Shown piece by piece: positions 1-13,500 of a stretch of 64,000 nt of DNA (its first letter is position 1; the number at the start of each line of letters is the position of its first letter). The translations under genes and the position numbers were made by a program. Source of the stretch: Eledone cirrhosa. Lineage: Eukaryota. The notes beneath the pieces are model-generated. The model searched no databases and was not told where the DNA came from. It was given only the letters and a program-made list of their open reading frames with translations. The DNA lies in NCBI GenBank assembly GCA_964016885.1, contig OZ024747.1, positions 23,002,001 to 23,066,000 of the forward strand. The letters are read 5' to 3'.

Positions 1-137
1 TGGTAGCCCGTGTCTCTCTCTCACTTTCTCCTGTCTATGCGAGAGGCAGCACGATTATACCAGCTCTGAGTCGTAGCTGACCACCAGGCTAAAGTCTCCC
101 AGGTTGGCCTCAACTTACTTTCCCTATTTTTCCTGTT

Positions 138-228
138 TTTTATAGTATAATATTATAAAATTAAATCAATTTGATTTAATTTTATAATATTATAATACTA
201 TAAAATTAAATGACACTGAAAAAAAAAA

Positions 229-260
<32 letters not shown>

Positions 261-297
261 TTTTTTTTCTGTGTGATTTAATTTTATAGTATTATAA
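138..297. repeat. Two overlapping AT-rich palindromes (about 138-205 and 191-297)
   Basis: taatattataaaattaaatcaa-t-ttgatttaattttataatatta; and tataatactataaaattaaatgacactgaaaa...ttttctgtgtgatttaattttatagtattata. Confidence 0.85.
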
Positions 298-349
298 ATT
301 GAAGTCATAAGTGAAGTCATTCTTTTCCTTTTTTTCAAATATACCTAAT

Positions 350-1496
<1,147 letters not shown>

Positions 1497-1877
1497 CATG
1501 CATGGACACAAATATACGCCGAGAGAAATCAACCAGAAAAAACAAACAAACTAAATGATTTAGAAAGAGAAATCTCTACGTCGAAGGTTTCTCATTTGTC
1601 AAAGATAGTATGTTGTAAATGACACTCCTAACTTGTACTTCCTCCTCCAATATCTGATCTCCAGACAATTTCACAAACTGTTTAGTGACCCCCTCCGAGT
1701 TATTTTTTTGTTCTTCGTTGGTGTCGTTGCTTTTTATTGGTTTTTCGTTTCTTTTCGTTTTAACTTTAATTTTTTTTTTGATTTTTTGTGTTATTATTTT
1801 CTAGTGTGTTCCAGTGAAGTTATCAAATATATATATATATAAATATAAATATGTGTGTATGTGTTTGGTGTTCTTTC

Positions 1878-2183
1878 TATGTGTATGTGTGTTAATGTGT
1901 GTATGACTATGTGTGTGTGTTTGTAATTTATCTATATATATATATATGGTTATTTATTTCATTTTTTTTATTACTGGTTTTAGTCAGTGGGTGGGCAGCC
2001 ATGGTGAACCAAGAGTAACTAAACCTTACACACCAATATACTATATATATATATGCGTGTGTATATATATGTATAATATATATATATATATGCGTGTGTA
2101 TATATATGTATATTATATTATATTATATTATATTATATTATATATATATATATATAAACACACACACACATATACATATACAG

Positions 2184-2263
<80 letters not shown>

Positions 2264-2367
2264 AGCAGAAGAGATATTCAATTTGTTGGTAACTCAACAA
2301 ATATAAATCTTTATAACTGATTCAGAGCACTCGGTTTTATAAATATAGTTTCCATTAATTTAATATC

Positions 2368-2442
<75 letters not shown>

Positions 2443-2638
2443 CATATATATATACACACGCATATATATATATAGTATATTGGTGTGTAAGGTTTAGTTA
2501 CTGTTGGTTCACCATGGTTGCCCACCCAGTGACTAAAACCAGTAATAAAAAAATGAAATAAATAACCATATATATATATATAGAGTGATAAATTATAAAC
2601 ACACACACATAGTCATACACACATTAACACACATACAT
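1878..2638. repeat. Long inverted repeat, arms about 1878-2090 and 2430-2638, with a microsatellite-rich spacer
   Basis: ggttttagtcagtgggtgggcagccatggtgaaccaagagtaactaaaccttacacaccaatatac is mirrored by gtatattggtgtgtaaggtttagttactgttggttcaccatggttgcccacccagtgactaaaacc. ORFs 1913+ and 2355- translate almost identically. Confidence 0.95.
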
Positions 2639-2755
2639 ATTGCCTTTCCAGCGATCCAGGAAACCCAGCACACACGAGTCAGCCAGAAAATACCATCTCT
2701 ATTTAAGGCTTTTAACATCACGGGTCAGATTTCATATATATATAAAACCAGGATT

Positions 2756-2815
2756 TTTCATTCTGAGGATTGAAAGCAAAACCTTTTGCTTTTAAGAAAC
2801 CACTGGTAAATGGAA
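2756..2815 (+). ncRNA. Type I hammerhead ribozyme motif, apparently intact
   Basis: Helix I tttcatt(2756-62)/aatggaa(2809-15); core CTGAGGA 2763-69; helix II ttgaaagcaaa-acct-tttgcttttaa; GAAA 2796-99; helix III CC-act-GG; cleavage triplet GTA ending at 2808. Confidence 0.8.
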
Positions 2816-2879
2816 TAATTGCCTTATGTTGTTTATTACATAATAATAATAAATATATATATATATATATATACGTATA

Positions 2880-3860
2880 TATGAAATCTGATCCGTGATG
2901 TTAAAAGCCTCCTGGGCTTCCTGGATCGCTGGAAAGACAATGGCAATCGGGAGTGATAATCCGAATTTTCAAAACGGGAGACAAAAAAGAGATTGCTCCA
3001 ATTATAGTGGGATCTCCTAGTTGAACTCCCCACCCCCACCCCAAAGTCTATGCTAAGTGACTGGCAAAGAGATGTAAGGAGATTGTCGAGTCCAAGCTGG
3101 CTGATGGAGGGTGTGATTTTCGTCTCGGACGCAGCACAGCCGACCAAATATTCACACTGTGACAGGTCTTTAAGAAATCGTGGGAATACTGCCAAGCGCT
3201 GTGTTCGTGCTTTGAAGACCTTGAAAAGGCCTATGACCCCGTTTCGTAGGACCTACTCTGGAAGGCGTTGTAAGAGTATGGGATCGATGGTCAGCTTCTT
3301 GTTCCTCTGATGTCTCTATACGAGTGCCCAAATATTTGTATTTGAATAAATGATGCTAAGCCGTAGTATCACCTCTCCTGTTCATTATTTTCATGAGCAG
3401 AATTGACATACGCATCCTGGTTGGAAATGGTATTATGACTAGCAGGTGTAGAATCAGTCGGCTGGAATCTGCAAACGACATGGTATTTCTTAACTCGTCA
3501 GAAAATGATCTCCAGCTTGCACTTGTTAGGTTTGATGCTGAGTACTGCATGGCTGGATGAAAATCAGTGCTGCGAAGACTGAGACACTCGTCATCTCAAG
3601 GAAGCCTGCATAGTGCACTCTACTCGTGAATGGAGTTCCACTGAAGCACGTGGAGAAGTTCAAGTATCTCAGGGTCGTGTTCATGAGTGATGGAAGGCAG
3701 GAGGCTGAATTATGTACAAGAATTTCAGGAACAGCTGCAATAATGCACCAGCTTCAGCATTCGGTAATCAGAAGAATTGAGGTAGGTGTAAAAGGCCAAA
3801 CTCGATATTCATGCCAACCCTTACCTATGGTCATGAATCTTGGATTGAAGCATTGAAGAA
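2880..3860 (+). pseudogene. Decayed RTE-clade LINE reverse transcriptase fragment
   Basis: Frameshifted RT motifs: GCDFRLGRSTADQIFTL, FEDLEKAYD, SPLLFIIFM, ANDMV (YADD-like), MKISAAKTE, VEKFKYL...RI. Confidence 0.85.
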
Positions 3861-3964
3861 TATAGGGTTCTGTTAAAAAATGTTTGGAAAAATTCGCAGT
3901 AGGTTTGAATTCGTGATTTATTATCAAATAGTTCAATACATTATCCAGGGAGGAATTTTAGAGC

Positions 3965-3966
<2 letters not shown>

Positions 3967-4009
<43 letters not shown>

Positions 4010-4110
4010 GGCGATGAGAAAAAGCAAGCAACCGAATGATATTGATTGGGAAATCTTGTAAACGAGGGGAGAAGTGTCTCTGTGTGAAAGGGAAAGGTTT
4101 GAATGAATGT

Positions 4111-4144
<34 letters not shown>

Positions 4145-4470
4145 TGGTGATGGTGGTGGTGGTGGTGGCGGTGGCGGTGATGGTGATGGTGCTGGTGGTG
4201 GTAGTGGCGGTGGTAGTGGCGGTGTTGGTGTAGTAGTAGTGATGGTGGCGGTGGTGGTGGTGGTAGTAGTGATGGTGGTGGTGGCGGTGGTGGTGATGGT
4301 GGTGGTGGTGGTGGTGCTGGTGGTGGTGGTGGTGGTGGTGGTGGTGGTGGTAGTGGCGGTGTTGGTGTAGTAGTAGTAGTGATGGTGGCAGCGGTGGTGG
4401 TGGTAGTGATGGTAATTGCATTGTTGTTATTGTTATTGTTGTTGCTGTTGTGGTGGTTGTGGTGGTAATT
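3967..4470. repeat. (GA)n, poly-G and (GGT)n/(GTT)n microsatellites
   Basis: Directly visible. Confidence 0.9.
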
Positions 4471-4599
4471 GGAGAATTGTTTTTTGTCATTGTGGTGCTG
4501 GTGTCTTGGCCATTTAAAACCTGGTAGAGCTCCCTCCACCCAAAGACTGAACATAGCTGATTTCTTTCAGAGATAGAGAGAGACGGGTGTGGAGAATCC

Positions 4600-4740
4600 A
4601 CCCAAGTACTGGACTGCTATTTTATTTATCAACATTGAAAGGATGAAAGGCAAAATTGACCTCGGCAGGATTTGAACCTAGAATATATAAAGTCGAGACA
4701 AATACCGCAAAGCATGCTATCGATTATGTCAATTCTAACG
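4600..4740 (-). mobile_element. tRNA-derived SINE family A, old copy (second old copy at about 5170-5350)
   Basis: aaaggatgaaaggcaaaattgacctcggcaggatttgaac is the reverse complement of the B-box plus central domain seen at 9926. Confidence 0.75.
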
Positions 4741-4994
4741 AGTCTGGATTCATTTTAATCGAATGGAACTCACAAAAATTTACAAACAGGGATAAATCCT
4801 TCGGGGCTGCGACAAAATTCTCAAGTTAAGGATTAACACTGAGAGAAAAATTCGACTTTTAATATTTATGATATCATATATTATAGAGCTTGGCTGCTCT
4901 CGCTCAGACATCCAGTCGGATCAATAGGAGACAGTTGTTTCTGATAGGACCCACTGGAAGGAGAGTTTAATGGCTCTTCCCCCACGTCCCGATC

Positions 4995-5039
4995 AAGAAG
5001 AAGAAGAAGAAGAAGAAGAAGAAGAAGAAGAAGAAGAAG

Positions 5040-5068
<29 letters not shown>
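4995..5068. repeat. (AAG)n microsatellite
   Basis: Directly visible. Confidence 0.95.
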
Positions 5069-5070
<2 letters not shown>

Positions 5071-5656
5071 TGTAAATAAATTTCTTAAGCGACAGTATAT
5101 TGTCGAACTAGCCAAATAGATGAATCTAACCATATGGCTGATGAACTAATCCAGTGATTACATTTTAAATCTGGCAGAGACATTTCCTCTCCAATTGAGG
5201 TGAGTATAGAAGAACCAACCCCAGAACTGGTACTTCATTTATCGACCTCAAAAGGATGGAAAGCAAGTTGACCTCAAGGGTATTTGAACACAAAGCGCAC
5301 TGAGCCGGAACAAATAAGATATTTTTTGTCCCAAACCCTAACAACGCATCGCCTTATTCCTCAAATATACAAACACATTAAGATTTCTATTCTATTTTAT
5401 TTATTTATTTATTTGATAAACCTGACAATAATACAGCAAGACTAAACATTATTGGCAGCACTCCAGGGGGCTAAAATAAACGCCCCGAGTTTAAAAATTT
5501 TAGATTAAATCCTACATTCTTCCAAATATGTGCAATTAATTCAGTTTGCTGGGAGGGAGGATTCATCGTATTTTGCAGCCTTATCTTACTATTTTTTTGT
5601 TACTTGCTAGTCGGAAAAGGAATGTAGTTCTTTAAGATTATGGTTTCACGTATGCT

Positions 5657-6244
<588 letters not shown>

Positions 6245-6246
6245 AT

Positions 6247-6402
6247 GAAAAGAGTCAGGACCCCGATGGCTGAGCTCCGGCCGTAGATCCTAACTAACCC
6301 TGCTCCCTGCTAACTCTTTTCCTATTACCCACCTCTGCTAGCCTAAGTACGAGTACTCTGGTGCGTTATGGTCCACCTGGTTTCTTACCGCACTTTCTTT
6401 CT

Positions 6403-6405
<3 letters not shown>
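6247..6405. mobile_element. Dispersed hairpin-rich repeat; relatives at 32127-32319, 32785-32860 and 56647-56663
   Basis: Shared aagagtcaggaccccga(c/t)ggctgagctc; gtactctggtgcgttatggtccacctggtttcttacc occurs as the reverse complement at about 32140-32180. Confidence 0.8.
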
Positions 6406-6470
<65 letters not shown>

Positions 6471-6597
6471 GATAAATCTACCAAAATGTACGGTAGTGTC
6501 CAATCCGTATGAAGAACTCAATGTAATCCAAATATCATGAAAAGAGAAGATGTATTCAAGAATTTTTCGATGAAAAACACAGGAAAACAGAGTCAAG

Positions 6598-6984
6598 ATA
6601 AATTAATAAAAATAATGAATAAAAACAAAGAAACAGTTCCTTATATTAAAAAATTCATCATTTTACGATCGTTTCTAGGATATATATGTGTGTGTTGGTA
6701 TGTATATCATATAGATCTATGTAAAATGTTTACAAACTATCAGAGGGAATATACATACCTACACATATATAAGGTGTCTTCAGAAATAATATTTATTTCT
6801 GAAGACACCATATATATGTGTAGGTATGTATATTCCCTCTGATAGTTTGTAAACATTTTACATAGATCTATATGATATACATACCAACACACACATATAT
6901 ATCCTAGAAACGATCGTAAAATGATGAATTTTTTAATATAAGGAATTGTTTCTTTGTTTTTATTCATTATTTTTATTAATTTAT
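6598..6984. repeat. Near-perfect fold-back palindrome, 192-bp arms, 3-nt loop (6790-92)
   Basis: Arm-by-arm comparison shows 2 mismatches. A single-arm copy of the same sequence lies at about 32394-32500. Confidence 0.97.
6793..6924 (+). ncRNA. Type I hammerhead motif with about 100-nt helix II (mirror copy on - strand, 6658-6789)
   Basis: Helix I ttattt/aaatga; CTGAAGA 6799-6805; helix II atatatatgtgt..ggtatgtatat / atatacatacc..acacatatatat with mismatched base; GAAA 6907-10; palindromic CGATCG; GTA cleavage triplet ending at 6918. Confidence 0.65.
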
Positions 6985-7110
6985 ATATATATGTATATAT
7001 ATATAGCTGACAAAGCGCACACGTGGTTTCCGCCCGTAAACATTTTTTCACGTTTTTTCCTCTTTTCCTCTCGTTTAGATTTCTATTTCCTCTTCTATCA
7101 CTTATTCTTC

Positions 7111-7145
7111 TTTCTGATGAAGGACTAATGTCCGAAATGTTAAAA
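7111..7145 (+). ncRNA. Minimal hammerhead motif, Penelope pLTR type
   Basis: ttt-CTGATGA-a-ggac-taat-gtcc-GAAA-tgt-TA-aaa. Confidence 0.55.
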
Positions 7146-7704
7146 CTTTTTTTCAACTCTATCAAGCGTTAAACTAATTTATATCATCAATGTACAGTAT
7201 CGTTCTCCTGTGTTGTGTCTTGAAGAAGATATGTTATTTTATTACATACTGATGAGAAATACTATAGAAGTTCCTCAAAGATTTAAACCAGTCATGGGCA
7301 CCTAAGTGAAATCTTTCTGATTTTTTTACCCCAACTCTTCAGTCGTAATTTATCTTTCTATCATTTTTACGATCGAGGAAAACAACGTGTACGAATTCTG
7401 AAGAAACAAATCAAAATAACCTGAGTTACCGCCTTATTTTTAATGCCCATGCCTGATTTAAAGTCTCGTTCTGTACCTTGACACGAAACTTTATACTCCC
7501 AAAGAAATCTTGTAATGTTGACAACCTCTACGTCCTCCACCAAGTCTGCCAGCCCACAAAGCTGGCCTCAAGTGTCATTCGGGAACCGTCTGCTATCTGC
7601 ATATTAGCAGGCTGTCCTTTAATCCTATTTTCTATTTTCTATATCTCCTATCTTCTATTTTTCGGTTCAACGTATTCCTGTTACATAATTCTGAAAATAA
7701 AATA

Positions 7705-7765
7705 ACCACCTGATGAAATCGCCTAGTCTTGGATGAAAGAATTGGGCTTTCGAAATATGTATAGT
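7705..7765 (+). ncRNA. Degenerate minimal hammerhead motif
   Basis: CTGATGA 7710-16; imperfect helix II gcctagtctt/aagaattgggc; GAAA-TATG-TA 7752-61; helix I decayed. Confidence 0.4.
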
Positions 7766-7832
7766 ACTTTCGCGTATATGTATAGTACTTTCTAAAGTAA
7801 ATTTTCCAGTCTGGCCTTCTGTTGTTGCTTTA

Positions 7833-7890
<58 letters not shown>

Positions 7891-8073
7891 GTATATATAT
7901 ATATATGTATATATCAAGACCACGAGATTAAGTGACATAGTCACTACTTTAAAACTCCTAGCGAATGGTCTTCTAAATGTTTTTAATTAAACATACGGTA
8001 AATTGCCAAATATACTATACATACATTCATGTATACATCGCTATTTCAGAGCATCAATACTAATATATATACG

Positions 8074-8107
<34 letters not shown>

Positions 8108-8812
8108 CACACACTCATAAATGTGACTATATACCCCAGTGTTGCTCAAATCAAGATATGGAGTTAAACATTTCATCCATTACTTTCTAACATTAATAAT
8201 TTCATTTAAAAGAAGGAAATTGATACAAATTTTACTATGTTTTCACATTTGTCTTTCTTATTACTATTAAACTATTTTTTAAAGTTATTAATTTCTGTGG
8301 GAAGATACATTGATGTAAGACTTTTGAAAAGGCAAAAGATGAGAAAATGATTTTTTCTTTTTACCAAAAGCGGATTAAATAATCCTATTTAGTAATTTAA
8401 TCTCACTTAATTACGTAGAAACTTGAAAATAAGACTTCTGATGATTTCTTCGTTTTTATTTTTGGTAGTATATATCAGATAGCAGTGTGAGAAAACCTTT
8501 TTGTAAGTCATATACTGGTTGATGTAAAGATTGTAGTTTATCATATAAAAATACTAAGCAACGATTGCTTTATTTTCATGCAGTGATATAACGAATTATG
8601 TTGCTGTTGTTGTTGATGCTGTTGTTGTTGTTATTGTTGTTGTTTGGTCTGTCTGTTTAGGACCGGTGTGAAAAGTCTGTAATGTTATCAATTTGTCTGT
8701 TTATGTGTGTGTTTATGTGTGAATGGGTGTATGGGTGTATGGTGTATATACATATTGTACATGAACTCACACACATATGTATGTATGTTTGTGTGAATGT
8801 ACATATATGGAT

Positions 8813-8850
<38 letters not shown>

Positions 8851-9539
8851 TTATATATATATATACATACATAAGAGCAAGTGTATTATAAATATGGTAC
8901 CAAAACTTCCTGTATATTAATATATTTCTCTATGAAATATAATTCTACATAAACAAGACTAATTAAAACATTATCTGAGAGTAGATCTTTGTTTAATACT
9001 AACCAACACTAAGTGGCAGACTTATGATTGAAGATATTCCAGCCATGACCAACCTGACTTTTAAAAATAATAGTGACTCTAGAACTACATTAGATAATAG
9101 ATTTTTAGACAGTAAGATGTCATTTAAGAGAGGTTTAGCTGCTGCTTCTAACAGGCTAAAATACCTCTTGGAGGAGGCCTTGTTTGTTCAAGAATGGCGG
9201 ATTGTCTGAGGGTGAAGGATTAGCTGAGTGCTGTGGTTTGCCAAAATCAGTAGAGCTTTGGATAAAATACCTTGTTGTGTTTAGATGTCCCTTTACAATA
9301 CGAATTTCACTTCCAGTGGGGTCAACTTTTTATTAAAGTATTATTAATAGTTGTCATTGTTGGACCACTGTCATTTCCAACGATGGGGGTCTCCAGTTGA
9401 TTTAATCAATGGAACTGCTTGTGATATTAACGTGTATTTGACTGAGCATTCGACAGACATATGCACCTTGAACGTAATTCTCAGGGAGATTCGGCATGAC
9501 ACAGTGTGTGACACGGTTGGCTCCCTGAATTACAGATGC

Positions 9540-9925
9540 AATTAATTTTTTGTCAGCTGAGTGTACTGGAGCAACGTGAAATAAATCGTCTTGTGTATAA
9601 CACCCGTGGACATGCCTACAAGTCAGAAAACAGCACAGCTCCCATGACTTTTGGAAACATTTTTTCATGCTCAGAGTTACTGAAGCATGGAACAAACTAC
9701 CTACATCAGTTGTTAGCTGTTGGGACCCTGCATCCTTTAAAACCCCCATGCTTCCTGAAATTCGCCAACACTACACCTGATATTCCCCCTCCATACACAC
9801 GCACGCATGTATCTGTGTATATCATGACTCATACTCTATTCACTTTCCTGACATGTACTACACATGCACCTTTCATGAGTTGTAGTGCACCTGAGCACAG
9901 TACACAATCATTTCATTATCATTAT
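9540..9925 (+). mobile_element. CR1/L2-like LINE 3' end with (CATTAT)-type tail
   Basis: NTRGHAYK followed by frameshifted KHFF..RV...WNKLP..VV, typical of the CR1 ORF2 C-terminus. Confidence 0.7.
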
Positions 9926-10110
9926 GGCGGTGGATTGGCAGTATCGGTAGAGGGTCGGACGCCATGCTTTCCAGCATAGTTACGTCCCTTTACGATCTGA
10001 GTTCAAATCCCGCCGAGGTTGACTTTGCCTTTCATCCTTACGGGGTCGATAAAATAAAGTACCAGTAATGCACTGGGTAATTGCTTGCCTTGTGCCTAAA
10101 GTAGAAACAA
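9926..10110 (+). mobile_element. tRNA-derived SINE family A, full length with TSD
   Basis: A-box tggcagtatcggt, B-box gagttcaaatcc, central gcctttcatccttacggggtcgataaaataaagtacc; flanking duplication attatcattat. Confidence 0.9.
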
Positions 10111-10550
10111 TTATCATTATCAATATGCTGCCTGGTCCAAGAATCGAACTTATGACCTTACGATGCGAGTCAAACACTCTATCTGCTATTACTAGTAATA
10201 TACCAGTAATATACATATATAATCAACTATTCTTGGTCCTCCAAATTTATGACCTTTTGTTTATACAAGAAATAATTAATATTAAGAGTGTTGTTAGATC
10301 TCTAAGGCTTACCATTTCTTTGGATATGCTTGTATCATGTTTCACTCTTTTTTCTGGAATATGAACGCGACATTGAAAACAAGAGGTGTCAACTGTTTGA
10401 ACTTATTAATAACAATTTTAATGCTTTTGGAAATTTGAACGTCGACAAGTAACTTAGTAACTTAATTGAAATTATCTCATCTTAGTTAAAATATTAAAAC
10501 TTCTTTTTTTTACTTCACGTTTTTATTATTTTACTAGTTTCAGTCATTGA

Positions 10551-13500
10551 ATTGTGGCATTGATAGGACATTAATATTGTGGCATTGATAGGACATTAAT
10601 ATTGTGGCATTGATAGGACATTAATATTGTGGCCTTGATAGGACATTAATATTGTGGCCTTGATAGGACATTAATATTGTGGCCTTGATAGGACATTAAT
10701 ATTGTGGCATTGATAGGACATTAATATTGTGGCATTGATAGGACATTAATATTGTGGCATTGATAGGACATTAATATTGTGGCCTTGATAGGACATTAAT
10801 ATTGTGGCCTTGATAGGACATTAATATTGTGGCCTTGATAGGACATTAATATTGTGGCCTTGATAGGACATTAATATTGTGGCATTGATAGGACATTAAT
10901 ATTGTGGCATTGATAGGACATTAATATTGTGGCATTGATAGGACATTAATATTGTGGCATTGATAGGACATTAATATTGTGGCATTGATAGGACATTAAT
11001 ATTGTGGCATTGATAGGACATTAATATTGTGGCATTGATAGGACATTAATATTGTGGCATTGATAGGACATTAATATTGTGGTATTGATAGGACATTAAT
11101 ATTGTGGCCTTGATAGGACATTAATATTGTGGCCTTGATAGGACATTAATATTGTGGCATTGATAGGACATTAATATTGTGGCATTGATAGGACATTAAT
11201 ATTGTGGCCTTGATAGGACATTAATATTGTGGCCTTGATAGGACATTAATATTGTGGCCTTCATAGGACATTAATATTGTGGCATTGATAGGACATTAAT
11301 ATTGTGGCATTGATAGGACATTAATTTTGTGGCATTGATAGGACATTAATATTGTGGCCTTGATAGGACATTAATATTGTGGCATTGATAGGACATTAAT
11401 ATTGTGGCATTGATAGGACATTAATATTGTGGCATTGATAGGACATTAATATTGTGGCATTGATAGGACATTAATATTGTGGCCTTGATAGGACATTAAT
11501 ATTGTGGCCTTGATAGGACATTAATATTGTGGCATTGATAGGACATTAATATTGTGGCCTTGATAGGACATTAATATTGTGGCATTGATAGGACATTAAT
11601 ATTGTGGCATTGATAGGACATTAATATTGTGGCCTTGATAGGACATTAATATTGTGGCCTTGATAGGACATTAATATTGTGGCATTGATAGGACATTAAT
11701 ATTGTGGCATTGATAGGACATTAATATTGTGGCATTGATAGGACATTAATATTGTGGCATTGATAGGACATTAATATTGTGGCATTGATAGGACATTAAT
11801 ATTGTGGCCTTCATAGGACATTAATATTGTGGCATTGATAGGACATTAATATTGTGGCATTGATAGGACATTAATTTTGTGGCATTGATAGGACATTAAT
11901 ATTGTGGCCTTGATAGGACATTAATATTGTGGCATTGATAGGACATTAATATTGTGGCATTGATAGGACATTAATATTGTGGCATTGATAGGACATTAAT
12001 ATTGTGGCATTGATAGGACATTAATATTGTGGCCTTGATAGGACATTAATATTGTGGCCTTGATAGGACATTAATATTGTGGCATTGATAGGACATTAAT
12101 ATTGTGGCCTTGATAGGACATTAATATTGTGGCATTGATAGGACATTAATATTGTGGCATTGATAGGACATTAATATTGTGGCCTTGATAGGACATTAAT
12201 ATTGTGGCATTGATAGGACATTAATATTGTGGCATTGATAGGACATTAATATTGTGGCATTGATAGGACATTAATATTGTGGCATTGATAGGACATTAAT
12301 ATTGTGGCATTGATAGGACATTAATATTGTGGCCTTGATAGGACATTAATATTGTGGCCTTGATAGGACATTAATATTGTGGCCTTGATAGGACATTAAT
12401 ATTGTGGCATTGATAGGACATTAATATTGTGGCATTGATAGGACATTAATTTTGTGGCATTGATAGGACATTAATATTGTGGCCTTGATAGGACATTAAT
12501 ATTGTGGCATTGATAGGACATTAATATTGTGGCCTTGATAGGACATTAATATTGTGGCCTTGATAGGACATTAATATTGTGGCATTGATAGGACATTAAT
12601 ATTGTGGTCTTGATAGGACATTAATATTGTGGCATTGATAGGACATTAATATTGTGGTCTTGATAGGACATTAATATTGTGGTCTTGATAGGACATTAAT
12701 ATTGTGGCCTTGATAGGACATTAATATTGTGGCCTTGATAGGACATTAATATTGTGGCCTTGATAGGACATTAATATTGTGGCATTGATAGGACATTAAT
12801 ATTGTGGCATTGATAGGACATTAATATTGTGGCCTTGATAGGACATTAATATTGTGGCATTGATAGGACATTAATATTGTGGCATTGATAGGACATTAAT
12901 ATTGTGGCCTTGATAGGACATTAATATTGTGGCCTTGATAGGACATTAATATTGTGGCCTTGATAGGACATTAATATTGTGGCCTTGATAGGACATTAAT
13001 ATTGTGGCATTGATAGGACATTAATATTGTGGCATTGATAGGACATTAATTTTGTGGCATTGATAGGACATTAATATTGTGGCCTTGATAGGACATTAAT
13101 ATTGTGGCATTGATAGGACATTAATATTGTGGCCTTGATAGGACATTAATATTGTGGCCTTGATAGGACATTAATATTGTGGCCTTCATAGGACATTAAT
13201 ATTGTGGCATTGATAGGACATTAATATTGTGGCATTGATAGGACATTAATTTTGTGGCATTGATAGGACATTAATATTGTGGCCTTGATAGGACATTAAT
13301 ATTGTGGCATTGATAGGACATTAATATTGTGGCATTGATAGGACATTAATATTGTGGCATTGATAGGACATTAATATTGTGGCATTGATAGGACATTAAT
13401 ATTGTGGCCTTGATAGGACATTAATATTGTGGCCTTGATAGGACATTAATATTGTGGCATTGATAGGACATTAATATTGTGGCCTTGATAGGACATTAAT

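Noticed and set aside
2836-3195. 119-aa ORF on the - strand
   Set aside because: Antisense shadow of the decayed RTE reverse transcriptase
5138-5185. CTGATGA as a hammerhead core (also 8438, 46703 on -, and 48760)
   Set aside because: No properly placed GAAA and cleavage triplet after a helix II
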